Below, in pieces: positions 40,867 through 50,883 of a DNA stretch of 64,000 nucleotides; position 1 is the stretch's first letter; each line of letters starts with the position of its first letter. The stretch is from Trypanosoma brucei (Eukaryota), in NCBI GenBank assembly GCA_000002445.1, contig CM000208.1:480001-544000 (forward strand), in the 5' to 3' direction. The position numbers and the translations under genes were made by a program. The notes beneath the pieces are model-generated. The model saw nothing but the letters and a program-made list of their open reading frames with translations. It was not told the origin of the DNA and made no database searches.

Positions 40867-43458
40867 ATGGTGGACAAGGAGAATCAGGTGATTAGGTTGC
40901 GACCTTATGAATATATTCATGTAATGGACAGGAACACTTGTGAGGTGATGCTTGTGGAGGGCCCGCGCTCCTTCACGATGTTGGACCACCACATAAGTCT
41001 CCACGACAAGGTGCAGAACCACGTTGTTGTTCCACCGGGCCACTACTGCGAAGTAGAGAACCCCGTGGTGAAGCCGACTGCAAGCTCATCTGTGGGGACC
41101 CTGTGTAATGAGATGGGCCACCGTGAAGTGCGTTTGAGCCAGGACCCGTTCCCGCTGCACCCTGGCGAGAAACTCGTGACGGAACCTCAGCCGATGCGTA
41201 TTCTGGCTGCTAACGAAGCGATTGCGGTGCGTGCGTTGAAGGAATTCACATACTCCGTCCCCGCTCTGGGCGGGAGTAACAACGGTGAGAAGGGTGACAC
41301 CACTGGAGTTGCAGTACGCCGTCGTGCCGTAGGAGAGGTTTGGTTGGTGCGTGGTCCCTGCGAGTACGTTCCGCGTGTGGAGGAGGTGGTGGAGGGCAAT
41401 GTGACGCCCATTTTTCTATCTGCGGGTCAGTCGCTCGTCTTGCGTGCGAACTGCAATTTCACGGATATTAACGGCGTAAAACGGTCACGGGGTGATGTGT
41501 GGGCCGTTACCACTGCGGGCATGCACTTCCCCGATCCGTCGGCGAGCGTCGTGCGTGTGCATGAAGGCGTAATCCTGTCTGCAACGGAAGCGGTGCGTGT
41601 GCGTGCACTCCGCTCGTTCTTCGACCGTCTGGCGGCTGTTGATCGTGTAGCTGGGGAGCGGTGGCTTGTGACACATGATGTCGTGCCGCTGTTTATCCCC
41701 ACAGTGGATGAGGAGGTGGAAGAGAAGATTTCTCTTACAATCGTCGGAGAGCGGCAGTACTGCGAGATACTTAACGTGGTGAAGGGTGGTGTGTGTCACT
41801 ATGGTGTGTGCGAAGTACGCCATGGTCCATGTTCGTTCTTCCTGCAACCTGGAGAAGTCCTGGTAGGTGGAACTGTGCGGGAGGCGCACATTCTCTCCTC
41901 TGACGAGGCGCTTCTCGTCGTCGCCGTCCGTGCCTTTGTGGACGAGGACGGGGTGGAGCGTGAACCTGCATCGCGGTGGTTGGTTCATGGGCCACGGAAG
42001 TACATCCCACCGCAAGGCGTGACCGTGGTGGAGCGCCGGAAGCGGATGGTGTTGAGTGGCAGTGAGGGTGTGTATGTACGTGATATTTGCACTGGCAACG
42101 TGCGGGCGGTGCATGGTGAGGCTGTGTTGCTGGGGCCTGAAGAGGAGTTATGGGAAAAGCCCATCGACCCGCTGGTGCATAAGCTGCTCACTGCCCGCAG
42201 ACACTCCATGTACGCTTCTCGTGTGTGCACAGAAACCTCGGTGGATGTTGGTTCTGAGGGCCATCCGAGGACACACAAGATTGTTATGTTCAAGGTGCCG
42301 CATAATGCACTGGTGCAGCTGTATGACCCGACGACGAACAAGAGCCGCGTGGAGGCCGGGCCACTGACTGTATCACTTGGTCCGAACGAGGAGATTAGTG
42401 TGGTTGTGCTCTCCGGTGGGCAACCGAAGCGGCGTGGTCACATTCACTCACTGTTTCTCTTTTTGGGTCCTGACTTTATGGCTGACAAGATTGTTGTCGA
42501 AACACTTGAGCACGCGCGGTTGCAACTTGAAATTGCGTACAATTGGGAGTTCGACACAACGGATGTGGAGCATATCAAGCGTATCGCCTTCAGCGTGCCG
42601 GACTTCGTTGGCATGGCGTGCAAGACACTGGCGAACCGAATCCGTGCTGCGATTGCCAGTGAACCGTTTGATAACTTCCATCGAAATTCATCCTCCCTCA
42701 TACGGCGGGCCATATTCCACTCACACTCCGGAACGACGGAGCTGCGTGGCGACAGTCTTTACTTTCCTGTGAACGGCCTTGTGATAACAAATGTGGACGT
42801 ACGCAGCGTTGAACCGGTTGAGGTGAAGATGCAAAACGCCCTCACGAAAAGTGTACAGCTCGCTGTGGAGATTATTACCAAGTCCCAGGAAAACGAGGCT
42901 TCCCACCAGGCGATGTTAATGGAGCAGGAGGAGAAGGGTGCGCTAGAGCTGCAACTGATGAAGGACCGCGTGTCGGCAGAGGAGGAGCGAGTGAAACTGT
43001 TGCGTGTTGTTGCCGAAAACACTGCAATCGAACTGTGCGGCGCGAGCAAGGCGCAGGCGTTGGCTGAGAGCGAGGCGCGTTGCGTGGAGTCGCAGGGCGA
43101 ATTGGATGTAACAGGGATAAGATGTGAAGCCCAGTCGCTGATTGCCGCTGCGCAGCTTGCCGGTCTCCGGGAGCGGGTGGAAAGCAAACTCTGCCACCGG
43201 CGGGCTATGGATGAACTTGCTATCGCGAAAGCCAAGGCCCTCTCGGACATCGATGCGACGAAGTATGAGAAGATATTTGAGGCTCTGGGTAAGGGAACAT
43301 TTGAAGCTATTGCGCGGGCTGGACCGGAACTAAAGGCGAAATTGCTGCAGGCGCTTGGTCTCAAGGGATTCCTTGTAACTGATGGTTCAACACCGATTAA
43401 TTTGCTCGGAATTGCAGACTGCGTGCTGCACAAAAATGGGAACGACGCGTTGCCATGA
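40867..43458 (+). CDS. MVP: Major vault protein (MVP)
   Basis: 863 aa. Collinear matches to the MVP family: N-terminal repeat LRPYEYIHVMD...PPGHYCEVENPV, repeated EWLVRGP/RWLVHGP vault-repeat motifs, the shoulder region LQLEIAYNWEFD and FSVPDFVGMACKTLANRIRAAIAS, a coiled-coil cap helix, and the C-terminal LKAKLLQALGLKGFLVTDGSTPINLLG. Confidence 0.85.
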   Translation: MVDKENQVIRLRPYEYIHVMDRNTCEVMLVEGPRSFTMLDHHISLHDKVQNHVVVPPGHYCEVENPVVKPTASSSVGTLCNEMGHREVRLSQDPFPLHPGEKLVTEPQPMRILAANEAIAVRALKEFTYSVPALGGSNNGEKGDTTGVAVRRRAVGEVWLVRGPCEYVPRVEEVVEGNVTPIFLSAGQSLVLRANCNFTDINGVKRSRGDVWAVTTAGMHFPDPSASVVRVHEGVILSATEAVRVRALRSFFDRLAAVDRVAGERWLVTHDVVPLFIPTVDEEVEEKISLTIVGERQYCEILNVVKGGVCHYGVCEVRHGPCSFFLQPGEVLVGGTVREAHILSSDEALLVVAVRAFVDEDGVEREPASRWLVHGPRKYIPPQGVTVVERRKRMVLSGSEGVYVRDICTGNVRAVHGEAVLLGPEEELWEKPIDPLVHKLLTARRHSMYASRVCTETSVDVGSEGHPRTHKIVMFKVPHNALVQLYDPTTNKSRVEAGPLTVSLGPNEEISVVVLSGGQPKRRGHIHSLFLFLGPDFMADKIVVETLEHARLQLEIAYNWEFDTTDVEHIKRIAFSVPDFVGMACKTLANRIRAAIASEPFDNFHRNSSSLIRRAIFHSHSGTTELRGDSLYFPVNGLVITNVDVRSVEPVEVKMQNALTKSVQLAVEIITKSQENEASHQAMLMEQEEKGALELQLMKDRVSAEEERVKLLRVVAENTAIELCGASKAQALAESEARCVESQGELDVTGIRCEAQSLIAAAQLAGLRERVESKLCHRRAMDELAIAKAKALSDIDATKYEKIFEALGKGTFEAIARAGPELKAKLLQALGLKGFLVTDGSTPINLLGIADCVLHKNGNDALP

Positions 43459-43923
43459 GCGTAGGGGCATATATGTGGGTACACCTCCGCATGTGTGAAA
43501 ATTTCTTCAGTTACATGTTTCTTGATAGCTATTTATTTTCCTTCCGTTTTCGACGCATTTGTTTCTTCACTGATATGTGAGCGGTGCTAGTGACAGCCCC
43601 TCCCTTCCTCCCTCCCCTGCAGTCCCTTACAGGGTGATAGTGATCCCTGTAGGAGGAAATGCTGGTGGCGCACGCGCCCCACTTGCCTACATGTATATGA
43701 TTAACGTTACATAAATCTCCCTCTTGTTGCCGTGTATGGTGCAATACATCTTGGGAAGGAAGTGAAACCATTGCTGCTGCTTAACCGCACTGCGGTGTAG
43801 TGATATGTCTGTGCTACATGAAGTTGTGATTGGAACAGACGATGCTTGCCGTGACGGCGCGTCGGGCAACGATGTTAGTGGGTTGTTACAGTCGACATTG
43901 GTGCCTACCATATGTGAGAGTGG

Positions 43924-43988
43924 TGACAACAAATAGTTTTTGTTTTGTTTTATTTTTTTACAAATTCTTTTTTTTTGTTTTTTGTAGG
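43924..43988 (+). promoter_or_regulatory. Polypyrimidine tract + AG, putative trans-splice acceptor region for the actin-like gene
   Basis: ttttgttttgttttattttttacaaattcttttttttttgttttttgtag lies immediately 5' of ATG 43989. This is the architecture kinetoplastids use for SL trans-splicing. Confidence 0.55.
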
Positions 43989-45518
43989 ATGACTGCTGGA
44001 TATCCGGTTCTTGTAGTTGATAATGGTGGCTATATGCTAAAGGCGCTCTACATTACTAGTGACGGTAAGTCCTCTTTTTTGCGTGGTAAAATTGCCGTAA
44101 TACCTAATTGTGTTGGAGCTGCTTCATATGTCGGTCGTGGAATTGTCGGTGAGCAGCTTTTCAAGTTACCGCACTTTCATGGCTTTATGGTTCGTCGTCC
44201 TGTTGATCGTGGTTTTATTGTGGATGCGGGACTTCAAAGCTACATTTGGGAGTACCTTCTTCAACACTTGGCTGTAGCCGATGAAAGTGAAGTGGAGCTT
44301 GTTATGACTGTCCCGTTTGGCGCTCCAAAGCAGGTGGGTGAACTTCTTCACTATTTGGTTGCACAGCGTTTCAGGTTTCGGTCAGTAACATTTGTGAGTT
44401 CGTCATTTCTAACGTTAGTGTCTTCTGTTTCACGCGATTGGCTGTATGGAAAGGCACCGGGTAATGGTAAAAGCAACAAAAAGGTGCGTGAAAAGTCAAA
44501 TTTCGGTTCTGACGGCGTGGGCTCTGAGAGTGTGACCGGGTGTGGGATGGTCGTTGACTTTGGTTTCTCGTCGACAACAGTTGTTCCGTACGTTAATTTC
44601 ATTCCATTGCAGGATTCTATTGTGCGAATTGACGTTGGTGGGAAGCTCTTGTCAAACAGGCTAAAGGAGCTCATTTCATTTACTCAGGTTAACGTGACGG
44701 AAGATGGTTGGTTAGTAAATCACATTATGGAGCAGGCCTGTTATGTGGCTCTGGATCCACTCGTGTCCTTGCGAAAGGCTGAATACGCAAAGCGGTTTGA
44801 TAAGGGGAACGGTGCTTTTGCAGGGTTGCGGTACTACTTGCCTACTGTTCCACCCCTTATGCCCCTTGGTTGTCGTGAGGAGCAGCTGACTCAAATCATT
44901 GGCAAAGACGTTGTGTTGCAGGAGAAAAATTCTTTACAGCATATTGTTTTCCGTCACGAGGCCTTTCTTATCCCGGAGCTTATCTTTAATCCTGTGGATG
45001 TGGGCATTTGCCAGATGGGTGTCGTCGAAGCCATAGTTCATGGGACCTGCTGCAGAGGTTCGCTACAGAACATGCGCACGTTGCACGGTGCAATGATGCG
45101 ACGCATCATTGCGTTTGGTGGTATTACCAAGTTTAAAAATCTTCCTGAGCGACTTTCGACAGAGCTCCGAAAGCATCTGAAGGAGGAGGGAGCATCGAGA
45201 GTGAGTGTCCCACCTGTAAAAGGTTCTGCCCCTCTTCAGGAATTCGTTCAATGGTCGCGCATTGGAAGGGTACGTATCGATCTTCAGTATAATGGCGTTG
45301 GTTATACACCGAGTGACTGTGAACTTCAACCCCTTTTCGGTGCTCTTGCACTTATCACGTGCCCCGTGCTGGAACCTCAGTTGAAATTGGTGCAAAGCCG
45401 GAGTCGTGTGGAGCTCCTGCCGGGAAGCACAGCAAAGGGAAGCCAAAACAGACAACAGGCATCCGCGGGCCCAAGGACTCTTAGTGCGGTTCTCTCGGCG
45501 CTTCAAAATTTACTGTAA
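43989..45518 (+). CDS. Actin-like / actin-related protein
   Basis: The ORF track starts at 43830, but the preceding codons translate a poly-T tract. ATG 43989 directly follows a long polypyrimidine tract plus AG (43924-43987). The N-terminus VLVVDNGGYMLKA matches the actin phosphate-1 loop (DNGSG-type). The C-terminal IIAFGGITKFKNLPERLSTELRKH resembles the actin GGT..PG..R motif. Confidence 0.6.
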   Translation: MTAGYPVLVVDNGGYMLKALYITSDGKSSFLRGKIAVIPNCVGAASYVGRGIVGEQLFKLPHFHGFMVRRPVDRGFIVDAGLQSYIWEYLLQHLAVADESEVELVMTVPFGAPKQVGELLHYLVAQRFRFRSVTFVSSSFLTLVSSVSRDWLYGKAPGNGKSNKKVREKSNFGSDGVGSESVTGCGMVVDFGFSSTTVVPYVNFIPLQDSIVRIDVGGKLLSNRLKELISFTQVNVTEDGWLVNHIMEQACYVALDPLVSLRKAEYAKRFDKGNGAFAGLRYYLPTVPPLMPLGCREEQLTQIIGKDVVLQEKNSLQHIVFRHEAFLIPELIFNPVDVGICQMGVVEAIVHGTCCRGSLQNMRTLHGAMMRRIIAFGGITKFKNLPERLSTELRKHLKEEGASRVSVPPVKGSAPLQEFVQWSRIGRVRIDLQYNGVGYTPSDCELQPLFGALALITCPVLEPQLKLVQSRSRVELLPGSTAKGSQNRQQASAGPRTLSAVLSALQNLL

Positions 45519-45639
45519 CTTTCAGCGGCGAATGGCGTTACATCTGTGATATTGCACCCACACATTGTTTATGCTGCTGCTTTGCGCTGAACACTTTAAG
45601 GCAACGTATGAGGTCTTCATTAGGTGTGACGGGGATCTG

Positions 45640-45720
45640 TTGTCGTTACTGTCCTTATGTGATGTTGTTGCTTCTCTTAATTCCTTTCTTTCCCCCTTTT
45701 CTGCTTGCACCGGTGCAATA
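45640..45720 (+). promoter_or_regulatory. Polypyrimidine tract upstream of hexokinase copy 1 (duplicated at 48686-48766 upstream of copy 2)
   Basis: ttgttgcttctcttaattcctttctttccccctttt ctgcttgcacc is present in both duplication units, about 170-250 nt upstream of each ATG. Confidence 0.45.
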
Positions 45721-45888
45721 CTGCCGTGTGGATCGATACGCCATAAGAAAGCAATACAAACACAAATAAGTTATATAAAAAACTCTATTTATTACTAAAG
45801 CCAAAACCCCGAGACACATATCATTTCCAGTATAAAGGAAAAAGATATCAGCGTAAGTTTATCACCTCGATATTGGAACGTCCGAGTA

Positions 45889-47304
45889 ATGTCTAGACGC
45901 CTAAACAATATCCTCGAACACATCTCGATCCAGGGAAATGATGGTGAGACTGTGCGTGCCGTTAAGCGTGATGTTGCAATGGCAGCGCTGACCAACCAAT
46001 TCACAATGAGTGTCGAGTCTATGCGACAGATCATGACATACCTCCTGTACGAGATGGTGGAGGGTCTTGAGGGTCGTGAAAGCACCGTCCGCATGTTACC
46101 ATCTTATGTATACAAGGCGGACCCTAAGCGTGCTACTGGCGTCTTCTACGCACTTGACCTCGGTGGTACCAACTTCCGTGTGCTGCGCGTTGCATGCAAG
46201 GAGGGTGCCGTGGTGGATTCCTCTACTTCTGCATTCAAGATTCCCAAATATGCCCTTGAGGGTAACGCCACCGATCTGTTTGGCTTCATTGCATCCAATG
46301 TGAAGAAAACCATGGAAACTCGTGCACCTGAGGACCTCAATCGCACAGTTCCTCTTGGGTTTACCTTCAGTTTCCCCGTGGAGCAGACGAAGGTTAACCG
46401 TGGTGTGCTTATCCGGTGGACGAAGGGCTTCAGCACGAAAGGCGTTCAAGGAAATGATGTGATTGCCCTTCTTCAGGCTGCTTTTGGGCGAGTGAGCTTG
46501 AAGGTGAATGTTGTGGCGTTGTGCAACGACACTGTTGGAACATTAATTTCGCATTACTTTAAGGACCCTGAGGTACAGGTTGGTGTGATTATCGGCACTG
46601 GTTCCAATGCGTGCTACTTTGAGACGGCGTCTGCTGTGACGAAGGACCCTGCCGTTGCTGCTCGTGGGTCAGCACTTACTCCCATCAATATGGAAAGCGG
46701 CAACTTTGACTCCAAGTACCGGTTTGTCCTCCCTACGACGAAGTTCGACTTGGATATTGACGATGCGTCGTTGAACAAAGGTCAACAGGCGCTGGAGAAG
46801 ATGATATCCGGCATGTACCTCGGCGAAATCGCCCGCCGCGTTATTGTGCACCTGTCGTCTATTAACTGCCTTCCTGCGGCACTGCAGACTGCTTTGGGCA
46901 ACCGGGGGTCGTTTGAGTCCCGATTTGCCGGGATGATCAGTGCTGACCGTATGCCCGGACTTCAGTTCACTCGCAGCACGATCCAGAAGGTGTGTGGTGT
47001 TGACGTGCAGTCAATTGAAGACCTTCGCATCATTCGCGATGTGTGCCGCCTTGTCCGTGGGAGGGCTGCGCAACTCTCTGCTTCCTTCTGCTGCGCTCCA
47101 CTGGTTAAGACTCAAACACAGGGCCGTGCAACTATTGCAATTGACGGCTCCGTGTTTGAGAAGATTCCGTCATTCCGCCGCGTCTTGCAGGACAACATCA
47201 ACCGTATCCTTGGCCCTGAGTGCGATGTCAGGGCCGTTCTCGCAAAGGATGGCAGTGGAATTGGTGCTGCATTTATTTCCGCAATGGTGGTGAACGACAA
47301 GTAA
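45889..47304 (+). CDS. HK: Hexokinase, tandem copy 1
   Basis: 471 aa. Hexokinase motifs ALDLGGTNFRVLRV, LGFTFSFPVEQT and IGTGSNACYFE. The N-terminal MSRRLNNILEHI fits a PTS2 (R-L-x5-H-I) glycosomal signal. The C-terminal tail is ...AKDGSGIGAAFISAMVVNDK. Confidence 0.95.
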   Translation: MSRRLNNILEHISIQGNDGETVRAVKRDVAMAALTNQFTMSVESMRQIMTYLLYEMVEGLEGRESTVRMLPSYVYKADPKRATGVFYALDLGGTNFRVLRVACKEGAVVDSSTSAFKIPKYALEGNATDLFGFIASNVKKTMETRAPEDLNRTVPLGFTFSFPVEQTKVNRGVLIRWTKGFSTKGVQGNDVIALLQAAFGRVSLKVNVVALCNDTVGTLISHYFKDPEVQVGVIIGTGSNACYFETASAVTKDPAVAARGSALTPINMESGNFDSKYRFVLPTTKFDLDIDDASLNKGQQALEKMISGMYLGEIARRVIVHLSSINCLPAALQTALGNRGSFESRFAGMISADRMPGLQFTRSTIQKVCGVDVQSIEDLRIIRDVCRLVRGRAAQLSASFCCAPLVKTQTQGRATIAIDGSVFEKIPSFRRVLQDNINRILGPECDVRAVLAKDGSGIGAAFISAMVVNDK

Positions 47305-48173
47305 GTGAGAAAACCATGCTTTTCAAAATTACTTTCACTGTCTGTTCATATTTTGTGTTCTTTTTGTTTTTGAAATGGGCGTTTTTTGTCGCTCTCGGTG
47401 GCAGTGCTCACATGCTATTCGAGTTACCACTCCGTCTTATCCCCAAATCCTTCCGTCAACGGTACCACAACAATTGATGATCCAAAAAGATCAAAAAGAA
47501 AATATTTTCTTTATCGCAGACTAGCGAAAACATAGGCGATAAGAGAGGAAAAACGTTTTTCTCTTGTGGCCTCCCCCCTTACGAAGGTGAGAACCTCTGC
47601 ACTTTGTGTGCTTAACCTCCTTTTTGTGTAATGGTCTGTTTTCTATACTAATAGGTAGTTGTAATATAAGTTACTGCAATTACTTTATCCTCATTTTCCT
47701 CTGGTTACCCTCTCTTTTTTGTTGTTGCTGTTTCTGTGATAAAGCAACTCGGACAAAGAAGGAATAAATGCAGCTAATATATTTTGAATGGGGACGAAAA
47801 GAGAAATTGTTTTACCTATCCTTTCGTGTTTTCTTTTTGTTTATGCTTCATTATTGTTGTCGTCGCTTTCGGTGATAATATTTTTACTGTAAGGTAGTAA
47901 CTAAACATTTATTGTAGTATTACCTTTTTTACTGCGATGAGGCTTGCGCTGTTCTTGTTGTTGTGTTTGCTTCCATGATTTATTATGGACGGAAATGGGA
48001 TCGGAAGGAGAGGGGGAGACAAAAGGTGTGGCGACTATTGCTAAAAAACAAAAGCAAAAAGAACTAAAAAAAAGTGTGAACATTAAGCAGCTGTAAAGTA
48101 AATATTTTTCTGGGTTTTTTTTTCAGTTCTTCTTTGTTTATTTTTATTTTTCGGTGCCACAGTTATGTGGGAC

Positions 48174-48184
48174 TAGGGTTAGGG
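48174..48184. repeat. Interstitial telomere-like repeat (TAGGGTTAGGG)
   Basis: The context is tatgtgggactagggttagggaa, in the spacer between the hexokinase copies. The flanking ttatg-GGG context resembles the 5023 site. Confidence 0.7.
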
Positions 48185-48600
48185 AATTAATAATAATGTA
48201 AAATGGGGGAATTTACAAATATGGGAGGAGAGGAATCATATAAAGTAAGGTTACCTCATTCATTTAAGGTCACTACTCCATATTTTCCCTTTTCACCAAC
48301 TCTTGTGATATTTTTAGGGAGGACGAAAGGAAAAAAGGAAAAAAATGAAAAGCAATGTGAAATAGGAATGGAGATGAATGAAGGAAAAGTAACAACTGGA
48401 AGAATTGAGAGAGAAATAATGAAAAGGTGTGGAGGATGTGTCACCGGAGGCGGTGAAAAGAGGTATAACGAAAAAAAAACGAACAAGGGAAAGAAATAAT
48501 TATGGGGAAGTGAACTGATACAAAACGTAAGGGGCAAAACGTGAAAAGGATAATACAAGGTTTGGCAGGAGACTCTAAAAGCAAACAAAGGGTATATATA

Positions 48601-50350
48601 CACCCACACATTGTTTATGCTGCTGCTTTGCGCTGAACACTTTAAGGCAACGTATGAGGTCTTCATTAGGTGTGACGGGGATCTGTTGTCGTTACTGTCC
48701 TTGTGTGATGTTGTTGCTTCTCTTAATTCCTTTCTTTCCCCCCTTTCTGCTTGCACCGGTGCAATACTGCCGTGTGGATCGATACGCCATAAGAAAGCAA
48801 TACAAACACAAATAAGTTATATAAAAAACTCTATTTATTACTAAAGCCAAAACCCCGAGACACATATCATTTCCAGTATAAAGGAAAAAGATATCAGCGT
48901 AAGTTTATCACCTCGATATTGGAACGTCCGAGTAATGTCTAGACGCCTAAACAATATCCTCGAACACATCTCGATCCAGGGAAATGATGGTGAGACTGTG
49001 CGTGCCGTTAAGCGTGATGTTGCAATGGCAGCGCTGACCAACCAATTCACAATGAGTGTGGAGTCTATGCGACAGATCATGACATACCTCCTGTACGAGA
49101 TGGTGGAGGGTCTTGAGGGTCGTGAAAGCACCGTCCGCATGTTACCATCTTATGTATACAAGGCGGACCCTAAGCGTGCTACTGGCGTCTTCTACGCACT
49201 TGACCTCGGTGGTACCAACTTCCGTGTGCTGCGCGTTGCATGCAAGGAGGGTGCCGTGGTGGATTCCTCTACTTCTGCATTCAAGATTCCCAAATATGCC
49301 CTTGAGGGTAACGCCACCGATCTGTTTGACTTCATTGCATCCAATGTGAAGAAAACCATGGAAACTCGTGCACCTGAGGACCTCAATCGCACAGTTCCTC
49401 TTGGGTTTACCTTCAGTTTCCCCGTGGAGCAGACGAAGGTTAACCGTGGTGTGCTTATCCGGTGGACGAAGGGCTTCAGCACGAAAGGCGTTCAAGGAAA
49501 TGATGTGATTGCCCTTCTTCAGGCTGCTTTTGGGCGAGTGAGCTTGAAGGTGAATGTTGTGGCGTTGTGCAACGACACTGTTGCCACGATGATTTCGCAT
49601 TACTTTAAGGACCCTGAGGTACAGGTTGGTGTGATTATCGGCACTGGTTCCAATGCGTGCTACTTTGAGACGGCGTCTGCTGTGACGAAGGACCCTGCCG
49701 TTGCTGCTCGTGGGTCAGCACTTACTCCCATCAGTATGGAAAGCGGCAACTTTGACTCCAAGTACCGGTTTGTCCTCCCTACGACGAAGTTCGACTTGGA
49801 TATTGACGATGCGTCGTTGAACAAAGGTCAACAGGCGCTGGAGAAGATGATATCCGGCATGTACCTCGGCGAAATCGCCCGCCGCGTTATTGTGCACCTG
49901 TCGTCTATTAACTGCCTTCCTGCGGCACTGCAGACTGCTTTGGGCAACCGGGGGTCGTTTGAGTCCCGATTTGCCGGGATGATCAGTGCTGACCGTATGC
50001 CCGGACTTCAGTTCACTCGCAGCACGATCCAGAAGGTGTGTGGTGTTGACGTGCAGTCAATTGAAGACCTTCGCATCATTCGCGATGTGTGCCGCCTTGT
50101 CCGTGGGAGGGCTGCGCAACTCTCTGCTTCCTTCTGCTGCGCTCCACTGGTTAAGACTCAAACACAGGGCCGTGCAACTATTGCAATTGACGGCTCCGTG
50201 TTTGAGAAGATTCCGTCATTCCGCCGCGTCTTGCAGGACAACATCAACCGTATCCTTGGCCCTGAGTGCGATGTCAGGGCCGTTCTCGCAAAGGGTGGCA
50301 GTGGTGTCGGTGCGGCACTTATCTCCGCTATCGTTGCTGACGGGAAGTGA
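48601..50350 (+). repeat. Tandem duplication unit, copy 2 (hexokinase 5' flank + CDS)
   Basis: See copy 1. The spacer between the copies (47305-48600) is unique sequence. Confidence 0.9.
48935..50350 (+). CDS. HK: Hexokinase, tandem copy 2
   Basis: 471 aa, nearly identical to copy 1. Internal differences: G131D, TVGTL to TVATM, INM to ISM. The C-terminal tail differs: ...AKGGSGVGAALISAIVADGK. Same PTS2-like N-terminus. Confidence 0.95.
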   Translation: MSRRLNNILEHISIQGNDGETVRAVKRDVAMAALTNQFTMSVESMRQIMTYLLYEMVEGLEGRESTVRMLPSYVYKADPKRATGVFYALDLGGTNFRVLRVACKEGAVVDSSTSAFKIPKYALEGNATDLFDFIASNVKKTMETRAPEDLNRTVPLGFTFSFPVEQTKVNRGVLIRWTKGFSTKGVQGNDVIALLQAAFGRVSLKVNVVALCNDTVATMISHYFKDPEVQVGVIIGTGSNACYFETASAVTKDPAVAARGSALTPISMESGNFDSKYRFVLPTTKFDLDIDDASLNKGQQALEKMISGMYLGEIARRVIVHLSSINCLPAALQTALGNRGSFESRFAGMISADRMPGLQFTRSTIQKVCGVDVQSIEDLRIIRDVCRLVRGRAAQLSASFCCAPLVKTQTQGRATIAIDGSVFEKIPSFRRVLQDNINRILGPECDVRAVLAKGGSGVGAALISAIVADGK

Positions 50351-50629
50351 AGGTGAGTGTCCGCGAACGTAGTGTAATTTTCTGTTATTTTTTAAAAATT
50401 TGTTAGTTAGCGTGAAATTCTTCTGAAAAGCAGCAGTTGACAAAAAACTTTCTGTCTGTCTGTATTGATTTTTTTATTTTTCGTTATTATGCGTTTTTTT
50501 GTGATGACACTGCTATGCTATTTCGGCAATATAGCGTCGGTTTTGCAACTTAAACGGACTTACCGTGGCCTCAGCGACTTTTGCATTTCGTTTTTTCTAG
50601 TATTTTTTTCTGATGTACTTTTGTTTCTT

Positions 50630-50634
<5 letters not shown>

Positions 50635-50667
<33 letters not shown>
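50635..50667. repeat. (TA)n microsatellite, about 16 units
   Basis: Direct read: tatatatata... in the spacer downstream of hexokinase copy 2. Confidence 0.9.
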
Positions 50668-50671
<4 letters not shown>

Positions 50672-50883
50672 TGCTTTATTGTTATAACTGAGCGGGGGAG
50701 CCGAATACACATATGTATGTATGCGTCTGTTTTCGTCGATGCAAAAAGTTTGCGGTATTCTGCTTCCCTCTGTTTTCCGTATGAGAAGGTATTTACCCCG
50801 TTTTTTGCATTTTCTTCCGGTGAACAAGGTAGCGGCTTTTCGGTGTTTCTAGGATACGTGAAAAATAGGAATCCAAGCGGTTA

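Larger units (their letters stand above)
45555..47304 (+). repeat. Tandem duplication unit, copy 1 (hexokinase 5' flank + CDS)
   Basis: Near-identical to 48601..50350 at a constant offset of 3046 nt. Identity starts at cacccacacattgtttatgctgctgc, about 334 nt upstream of the ATG. It decays over the last ~65 nt of the CDS and is lost in the 3' UTR. Confidence 0.9.

Noticed and set aside
42759-43484. 241-aa minus-strand ORF, and similar ones at 41485..42114, 28928..29506, 53737..54276, 57399..57989 and 20698..21234, all antisense to large + genes
   Set aside because: Each lies fully inside a well-supported + strand CDS of GC-rich coding sequence. Ala/Ser/Arg-rich antisense frames are common artefacts there, and the locus is a unidirectional + transcription unit.
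48256-48756. 166-aa minus ORF spanning the inter-hexokinase spacer. Its C-terminus is shared with minus ORF 45522..45710.
   Set aside because: The shared C-terminal peptide is a by-product of the duplicated 5' flank. The rest translates A/G-rich spacer, so it is an antisense artefact.
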